A DNA stretch of 64,000 nucleotides from Selaginella moellendorffii. Its lineage: Eukaryota; Plantae; Lycopodiophyta. The notes under the pieces were generated by a model that was given only the letters and a program-made list of their open reading frames with translations, ran no database searches and was not told where the DNA came from. Each line of letters begins with the position of its first letter. Position 1 is the first letter of the stretch. The stretch is from positions 206,924 through 270,923 of the forward strand of contig NW_003314380.1 in assembly GCF_000143415.4 (NCBI RefSeq), read 5' to 3'. The position numbers and the translations under genes are program-made. Positions 55,941-64,000 of this stretch are shown piece after piece.

Positions 55941-58345
55941 CTAGACTGTGGTGTAGCGAATCTTATCCATCTTCCACACAGCCAAGTGTGTTGCCTTGAC
56001 TGGAAGACTTCCATTGTTGAACACGAATATATGAGCGTTGTTGTCGCTCCCGAGAAGAGGATAGGATCGAGCAGTGATGCACGTCCTGCCGCCTTGAGCA
56101 AACGTTTCGACGATGGAATGATCCACCTGAGCCAAAAGGTTTTAGCATATTGTCGCGAGGAACTTTTCACCGACTTACCAAGATTCTCATTGTCAAAGCC
56201 TGACGATTCTTGTAGCTCGAGAGGCTTACTAGTCCACCGTAGACGCCTTTTGTAGCATCAGATGCCAGGGAAGAGCTGCAAGCACAAACAAGTTTTAAGA
56301 AGACTCGATGATTTTACGAGAGAACGAGAACCAACCTTGTGAGATCGTTGCAAACCATAGTTTTCCAGGAACCTTTGAACTTGAGGAACTTAAAGAACAC
56401 GGAAGTTCTCTCACGTAGATCCTCCGACGCAAGGACGTGGACTCCGAACGGGCCGATTATCTGCTCGGCCTCTGGAAAGCTGCCATTGCAGTATATGAGA
56501 GTGTTGTTTGGAATTCCCTCGACTCTGGACGATGCAAAGTTAAATTCATCGCTCTCATCGTTGGCGTGAGCCTTTGGGATTTGGAAAGTCACCTCGATAT
56601 CGAGCTGCAAGGACAAAAGAAAGCCATTCAGCTTGGAAACAGAAAGAGAGAACAAGTGTGTGGTACCTGCGATCCTTGAGAGCCATTTACTTTGAAAACT
56701 TCTCCCTGCTTCAAGAGCAAATCTGTATGACGAATTGGATGCTTTCTTAGAGAATTGATCTCTGGCACGGGCCACTGCCGAAGGGAATGCTGGTTTTCGT
56801 CGAGCCATACAACTCTGGGAATTGCCTGTTCACAAGGACGACGAATTTTCAGCTAAAGCTTTGAAACGAAGCTAGCACACAAGCACAAAGGAGAACGCAA
56901 CGAGAACAACAAATGCGTGAATGAAAAACACTAAGTATGCAGTGAAGCCAAGGAAACGATCGAAACAAATGAAGACCAAAATCTTAAGTAACCTCAAGTA
57001 ACGCATGCGTACCTGGACAGAAGCCCATCCCTTGCGAATGTCCGACGTGGGCTTGTCGGCCTCGTTGATCCATCCTAGCAAAACTCTCCTCTTCTTGTGA
57101 GGATCATAGAACGACTTGGACGCGTAGTAAATCCCATAGTCATAGCGCAGCGCCGTTCCAATATCGAGCGCCTCGAAGCTGGGCAAGAACTTCTCCGACG
57201 CCGGGTCGTAATCGCCCACCACATACGTGTCAAATCGCGTCTCATCCAGGCTGACCTTGATCACGAACTTCTGGATCGCATTCTCCTCGCCAAGATAGTT
57301 CTCCGAGCCCTGCTGGCCATGGACCGCAACCGGGAAGAAATCCGGGCACTCCCACATCCCCGTCCCATTCACCGCGTGGAGCGATTCATCCAGGAGCTCC
57401 CATTTCGCGAAATCCTTGCTGCGGTACTGCAGGATGATCCCTGTGTCGTTGGCGCGATACTTGGATCCCACTGCAGTACGCCATAGCCCATCTTGCCCAA
57501 TCCACGCCGTCGTCGGGTCCCGGAAATCGCTGGTATTGATCCCCGGCGGCGGCACCGCGAAAGGATTCTCCGCGTCGACTTTGATCCATTCGCGCAGTAG
57601 CGGATCGGAGGAGTTCTTGGGCACAGCCTGGTCGAAATCAAAGAAGAAATGTCGAGCTCAAGAACCCTAACAACGGAGGACATGGGAGGAGAAGACCTTG
57701 TTTTGGACTTGCGTGGAGGAATTTGTCCATCCAGTATAGAGAAGAATGGGCTTGCCATTGACGATCGTCGCGGATCCCGACCACACGCCCTTGATGTCAT
57801 ACCATCGATCCGGCACGAGAGCTAGCTCCTTCACGTACTTCCAGTGGATTAGATCCGTGGAGACAGCGTGGCCCCAAGTGATGTTCCCCCACACGGCAGC
57901 GTAGGGGTTCCATTGATAGAAGAGATGATACACGCCTTTGTAAAACAGGGGACCTGGAAGAGCGGGGCAAAGAAACGCGTCAATCCATCGATTCCCGCTG
58001 CTGTTTCCATCGAAACTTGGGACAGAGGCTCACCATTTGGATCTGATCCAGGCCACCGATGCGCAGAAGAGGATTCGGGCGAGATTCGGATTAGATTTCA
58101 GGATAAAAACGAAGATAAAAACAGAGCTCTTATTTTAAAATACCGTTCATCCAGTTCTTCACTGGCTGGAAGTGGAATCCCGTGCGCTGCCATTCCCAAT
58201 CGAGATCGTTCCTCTGTGAATCCGGGGATTGATCGATCGCCGCGAGCGTCTGCACGTCGTATCGATCGGGGAGGGACAGAATCGAAGGGAGAAGGGCGAA
58301 GAACAGCAAGGAAAAGGGGACCAAGGAGGAGGGAAGAGGAGCCAT
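55941..58345 (-). CDS. Acid beta-fructofuranosidase, GH32, copy 2
   Basis: Signal peptide, [16 protein letters not shown], 9-nt mini-exon at 58034-58042 (DPN), WSGSAT, FRDPTT, WECPDF and [23 protein letters not shown]. Confidence 0.95.
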
Positions 58346-59155
58346 GGGCGCGAGGGAAAGAACAAGTGAAGATTGCGGTCCTTAAAACACCCTCCATTGC
58401 TGAAATTAGAGGCCCTCTTTTTCCTCGCGCGCATCGAAGTCAGCACTTCCGGCGAAAAAAAGCTCTGGTCCCCGTTCGATGCCCAGAATATCCGCTTCCG
58501 AGATTTGGCGCCAGGGAGAAAACGCGGACGTGGCGACACGTGTCAAGGGCGATGATCCGTGTTATGACCAGTGTGTGTTCGTGGTACTTTGAAAGCGGAA
58601 AAAAATTTCCCAACTACTTTTTTTTCCAGGAACGTTGTCTGGATGTCTGGAGCCGACTGCAAAAAACAATGCTCAAGAAATTCGATGGAGTGAAACGTTT
58701 TAATTTTGTTTGGCGATGAGCTGCGCAAAATGCCGAACGACAATAAATGAGTTTGTATGTTTTGAACGAAGGAATCAAAGGCACGGGCTCAACAGTCAAC
58801 AGGTCACGATCTCTGCGATGGAAAATGGATGAAACTGCAAAGGTTTACTTTGTCAATACTTACTCGAGTTGTTCTTCTTGCTCTTTCTCTTCTCCTGCTC
58901 CAGTGACGAGCAAAAATATGGAAGTGTACCTCACGTCTTTGTGAAGAAACATTTGTTTTCATCCCTCCAGGGTGTTTTCGAGGTGGAGCCTGCTCGTCCT
59001 CCATGTTTTTCCAAATCCAGAAATCGTGGCTTGCATCATCTTCCAGATTTCTAGCTCTTCGCATAGAGATTGCGTGGAGAAAAAACCATTATACCAAGTC
59101 AGAGCGTCGCGGAATAACTGCAGAAACAAACAAGCAATCCGTCAGTCAGAACGTT

Positions 59156-61051
59156 TCAAAGCTCTGAAACATACCTTTTCGCTGTCGACAACAGGACGTA
59201 TGGAGCTGCGTCGTTTGGATCCAGCGTGCTCGCATTCCCCGCGGCGCTCTCCACAAGCTTCTCGGCATCACGCTGGACGTTGGAAACCCCCAGCAGCGCG
59301 TTCCAGCTCGTAGAGTCGGGCAGAAACGGCATGGTGTCAATGAGATCAACCGCGTCCTTGAGCTGCCCCGATCGCCCAAGCATGTCCACCATGCACCTGT
59401 AGTGCTCCGAGCTCGGCCGCAAGCCATGGTCGCTAACCATGCTGCTAAAGCACTCCAAGCCTTTGGCAACCAAGCCCGCGTGGGCACACGCCGTGAGGAT
59501 GCACAGCATCGTTCCCTCGTAAGGCCGAGTCCCTTCCAAGGCCATCACCTTGAGCAGCTCAAACGCGTCGGCGCAGTGGCCATTCTGAGCGTAGGCGGAG
59601 ATCATCGTGTCCCAGGCGATCGCGTCACGGTATGGGACTTGATCAAACATTTCCTGGGCTTCGAAGACCCGGCCGTTTTGCACGAAGGACGCCATCATCG
59701 CCGTCCACGAGATGAGACACCAGTGAGAAAGCTTGAAGAACACGTCCCGCGCGTCTTGGATATACCCGTTTCGAGCATAGGCCGTGAAGAGCGTCGTCCA
59801 TGACACCTGTGTTCTCTGCGGCATTGCATCGAACAAGCTCCGGCACTGCTCCAGATCTTCTCTAGAGTTGTGCGCAGCCAGCATGGTGTTCCAGGAGATC
59901 ACGTTTCTGCACGGCATTCGCTCGAACACGAGCTTTGCTAGATCCAAGTCTCTGTTTTGGACGAGCCCCTGAACCAATCCCGTCCAGACTATGACGTGCT
60001 TCCCGGGCATCTGGTGGAACAAGCTCTTGGCCGTCTCCAAATCGCCAGCCACCATTGCTGCATGGATCAGTGACGGCCAAGACGAGTCATCCGTGCTTGG
60101 AATCCTGGAAAACACCTCCGTCGCCTCCTTCAAGCAGCCGAGCTGAGCGAAGCCTGCGATGATCGAGTTCCAGCACAGGACACTTCTCTCTGGCACCCAG
60201 TCGAAGAGCTTCTTCGCGTCGAGCATCTGACCGAGTTGGGCATACGCTGTGATCATCACGTTCCACGCCACGCGATTGTGCTTCGCCATCCTCTTCACAA
60301 ACTTCTTCGCCTTCGTGAAATCCCCGCTCGCTGCGTAAGCGTGTAGCATTGTCGTCCACGAGACTGGATCTCTTTCGCCCATGATCTCGAAGAAATGCTG
60401 CGCGTCTCGCAAATTCCCTTCCCGGGAATACCCGAAGATCATCACGTTCCAGGAGACCAAGCTCTTCTGCCGCATTCGGTTGAAGAGATTTCTTGCCGCT
60501 AGCATCCGCCCGCTGCGCGCGTAGGCCGAGAGCATCGAATTCACCGACACGACGCTCCACTTCGCCATATGCTGGAGCACAGCGCTCGCCTCCTCAAGAA
60601 ACCCTCCCTGGGCATAAGCCGCGATCAAAATATTCCAAGAGATCACATCCCTCCTGTCGATCGCGTCGAAGACCTGCTTCGCCGATGCGGCACTGCCGCA
60701 CTTCCCATACATCCCCACAATGTGATCCGAGAGATACTTCGATCGCGAGTACCTGCTGTCGAGAACCTGTGCTTGGATCGCTCTCCCCAGCTCCAGATCC
60801 CCGGAAAGCCCCGAGGATCGGAGAACCGATGCGTAATCCCGCGGCTGGAGCGACTCCTCGATCTCCTTGGCCCTGGCCGCCGCCTGGATTCGCCGATCTT
60901 CCAGCACGGTGGCCGCTAGCGCCCCCCATGGATTGGGACTAGGAAATGTGAGAACTAGCCAATGGAGATAGCGATCGGGCAGCGGCGTCAAGACGTTCTT
61001 GTCGATTTGCCGCTGTAGCTTGCGAAGAACTAGGTCACGAAGTTTCATCAA
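59156..61051 (-). CDS. PLS-class pentatricopeptide repeat protein with E domain, intronless
   Basis: MYGKCGSAASAKQVFD, tandem repeats, ILTACAHAGLV, HYRCMVDMLGRSG and APYVLLS. Confidence 0.95.
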   Translation of the reverse strand: MMKLRDLVLRKLQRQIDKNVLTPLPDRYLHWLVLTFPSPNPWGALAATVLEDRRIQAAARAKEIEESLQPRDYASVLRSSGLSGDLELGRAIQAQVLDSRYSRSKYLSDHIVGMYGKCGSAASAKQVFDAIDRRDVISWNILIAAYAQGGFLEEASAVLQHMAKWSVVSVNSMLSAYARSGRMLAARNLFNRMRQKSLVSWNVMIFGYSREGNLRDAQHFFEIMGERDPVSWTTMLHAYAASGDFTKAKKFVKRMAKHNRVAWNVMITAYAQLGQMLDAKKLFDWVPERSVLCWNSIIAGFAQLGCLKEATEVFSRIPSTDDSSWPSLIHAAMVAGDLETAKSLFHQMPGKHVIVWTGLVQGLVQNRDLDLAKLVFERMPCRNVISWNTMLAAHNSREDLEQCRSLFDAMPQRTQVSWTTLFTAYARNGYIQDARDVFFKLSHWCLISWTAMMASFVQNGRVFEAQEMFDQVPYRDAIAWDTMISAYAQNGHCADAFELLKVMALEGTRPYEGTMLCILTACAHAGLVAKGLECFSSMVSDHGLRPSSEHYRCMVDMLGRSGQLKDAVDLIDTMPFLPDSTSWNALLGVSNVQRDAEKLVESAAGNASTLDPNDAAPYVLLSTAKRYVSEL

Positions 61052-61428
61052 GAGAAGGAGAGGTATATAATAGATACTCTAAGTATATTCTTTCTCATAA
61101 AACTAATATTAATTAATCAGTATTAAGGAAAAGCTCGGATTGGATAGATTCCACGTGTTGTGCTTTTCTTCTTTAACCAACCGTTTGTTTGCCCTGGGAG
61201 CCCTAAAGCGCGGCGATGGCGCTCGGCGGCCTGGGCAACGAGGTAGCGTCGCATTCGCTGTGTAGATCGATATTCTCAGGGCTTCTGCTTCGATCCAGCT
61301 GGGGATAGATATTCTTCTCGCGATCCAGCTGAAAATGATCGACAAGGAGGTTCTGGGGGGGATTATGGTGTGGCTGTTCTTGTTCCTTCGATTCGAGGTG
61401 AAATAGCGGGTTTGATAGCTTCATCGTG

Positions 61429-64000
61429 ATGGCGGGGAATGATCTTGGTGGTAGACGAGCGCAGCCAGCACGATCAGTGAGCCGGCTGCGCAGCACGCTT
61501 CTTCTGAGGAGAAGCGTTCACAGGAACCAGAAATTCGTGGCTATACACGAGGAGAGGTCCGAGTGCTCGAGCGCTGAGGAGGAATCGGATGATGCCTCGG
61601 TTGGATCCGGGGGGGAGGATATGCCTACTGCAGATTCTGTGGAGCCGAGAGGATTTAAATCGACACCACAGTTCCAGGCCAGAGAATCGGACTCGACTTT
61701 ATCATCAAAGACGTCGGCCGACACTTGCGGTGACGAGCCGAGCACGAGTAGGCACAAAAAACCTTCGAGTTTTCACGGGATAGATATGGCCAAGGGCTCT
61801 GATGATGATGAAGACGAAGAATCGGAGGAGGAGGAGGCAGTGATCGATGCGGTGCTTGCGTTTCAAAGGTGGCGACAGCACAACCTTAAAGTATGGCCGC
61901 TCTACGCTTTTCTACGTGAGCGAGATTTCTTTTAAGTCTGAAACTGGATGGCTTATGTGAACAGCGATCGTTCAGTCACGAGCTCAAGAAGGTTTTGGAG
62001 GAGGCTCGCCGTGACGAGGCTTCTCTCACGTCCATGCAACGTGAGCTCATGAAGAAAGACGTTAACCTTGTGAGGGCACAGGCGGAGACTGCACAGCTTC
62101 GAGCACATATCTCGGCCATAGAGGACGCAGTGCAGTCTAGTAGCTACGTAAGTTTTTCTTCCTTTTGTGTCTTTTTATTTCATGACCAAGTCTTACTTCT
62201 CTCAGAATGAAGAAGCGAAAAAAGAGGTTCAGAAAGCTCAAGAGAGAGCACTTGCAGCAGAGGAGGAGGTGCACCGACGGGATAGAGAGATTAATCGTTT
62301 GAGGCAGCGGCTCAAGTGTATAGAAAGCGAGAAGACACGGGTAGATGAGAACTTGAAAGCCAATCTGGCAATGCTACAGCAAGACAAAGTTGGGGTGCTT
62401 AAAGAGAATCGCATCATACTTGACCAGGTAAATGCTTTTTACGTAGATTTTGCTCGTCTTGTAATTTTCTTGTTCTGGTGTTTTTCAGCTTGCACGCAAA
62501 GATCAAGAGCTAACGCACAAGCTGGATGACATTAAGAAGCTTCAAGCAACGATCGCATCTATGGCAGATTATCATAACCAGTTTAAGACGGAGCATGAAG
62601 CAGCATATGCATCCCTACAAGATAAGCTGGCACAGGAAGGAGATGCAAAAGCTACAATGAAGGTCCGTTTTTTTCTTTAACTATTTTCAATCGGTTTCTA
62701 AGAACCTTTGCATGCCAGAAAGAAGCGGAGGATTTGACAAGGAAATGCGAGTTGCTTGAGAAAGAAAAAGAATGCCTAAATGTTCAGGTCGAGAAAATGC
62801 TTGAGAAGATGAATTCGGCAACTTTGCACGACAGTGTAAGCGATGTTTCCAAATGCTCGCAAGTTTGTGACACAAGATTCTGTGTGTCAGGCACAGTGCT
62901 CTTCAGAGTCTCAATCAAGGACGTCTGAAGCCATTGCAGCTGGTATTCTTGAACACCTACGAATACTGACGAACCACATGATAAAACTGGAGGCTTCTTT
63001 TGGCAGACACACTAGAGGGCCGGGGTTGTACAGTTCTTTGCACAAGATCGACGTTAACTTGGAGCTAGCGTTGAAGTCTTTTAGACGTAGCAGTGGTAAG
63101 GCCGGGGGTATTGGAGGGAAGCTTCAGCAGCTTCCGGAAATACAGGAGTGGCCACAGCCACGGGACGAGGATTCATCGGCAAGATCTCATTGCGTGCTGA
63201 ATCAGACAGTTCAAACAGATGGCGAGCTGTCCAAGTTTCTGGAATGGCTTGATAAACCGGAGAAGTATCTGTGCGTCAGAGATGCGAAAACACAGACATC
63301 AGGTGTAGGATCATCACAGTTGCAGCTGTGTTCTCGGAGCGGAGTAGAAGAAGAGGCTAGATGGCTTGCATGGAAGTGGAGGTGGCTAAGTACGGCTTTA
63401 AAAGCAAAGCTCCTCTCCAAGCAGCTGAGATATTCAAGAACCACCGGTAAGGTCCAGGCGCACGGTGGCAAGTCGTGCTTGAAGAATGGGCAGGGCAGCA
63501 TCCTGGGAACGATGGAAAGGGAGCTCAGAGTAGTGATGGGAGAGAGCATCGTTCGGATGTTCCTTCAACTCTGGAGAACGTATCGGAGGAGTTCAAAGGC
63601 CGAAAGAAAGGCTCTGTCCAAGGACTTGCCTTTGGACAAGGTGGTGGCGGTGTTTCCCTGGTGGATACGGAGGGTGGGAGAGAAGAGACGCTTGGAACGC
63701 TCGTTCTGCCAATGGTACTACTTGGCTTCCTGTTCAGTGAAGAGGCAAAGCTACCACATGGAGGAGTTTTACTTTCATCCGCACTCCTGCTATTCACGTC
63801 CCCCGGCGGCGGATGAGTATCTTTCAGTGAGGCGGAAGGTACCGAAATTCAAGTACCAGGACAACAGCTCGGACGGAAATGCTCCTCAACAAGGACTGGT
63901 CGTTCGGAAAAAGGAGCTTGACGTGGAGAGAGGCGGCCTTGATCTGGCTAAACCCGACAAGCGACAACTCATGTTAACATCTACACACTACACAGGATCA
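61429..64000 (+). CDS. Uncharacterised protein with acidic N-terminus and coiled-coil region, multi-exon, partial (runs off the right edge)
   Basis: Successive exons with GT-AG introns and heptad-rich segments (LEEARRDEASLTSMQRELMKK, EEAKKEVQKAQERALAAEEEV). The frame is still open at 64000. Confidence 0.7.

Overview
Eukaryotic, gene-dense plant genomic DNA with about 28 genes or gene remnants in 64 kb. Introns are very short (mostly 40-80 nt), intergenic spacers are tiny and there are long PLS-class PPR genes. This architecture suggests a compact non-seed-plant genome such as the lycophyte Selaginella (inference). In order: a UGT pseudogene, an AT-rich island with a small secreted-protein gene, a four-domain voltage-gated Ca2+ channel-like gene with an IQ-repeat tail, an F-box gene, a small CaaX protein, a USP-pseudokinase, an XEGIP/TAXI-like protein, eIF3i, a RING-H2 E3 ligase, MKK6 head-to-head with a CTR1-like Raf kinase, PTPA, a USP-kinase-U-box gene, a DUF4864-like gene, a pyruvoyl-dependent arginine decarboxylase, a PPR gene, SEC10, DUF3754, an AUX1/LAX-like gene, a kinase-less S-domain receptor, PTPMT1/DSP8, two GH32 invertases flanking a plastid-type tRNA-Pro, a decayed LINE and a COI1-like gene, then a second PPR gene and a partial coiled-coil gene. 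The most unusual items are: (1) an intact-looking 4-domain channel with an EEDD (T-type-like) selectivity filter next to an FBXO15-like gene; (2) an intron-containing pyruvoyl-type ArgDC of the archaeal/chlamydial class; (3) a chloroplast-type trnP-UGG in nuclear DNA with Pol III signals. All homology calls are from motif recognition, not database searches, and exon boundaries were read by eye.
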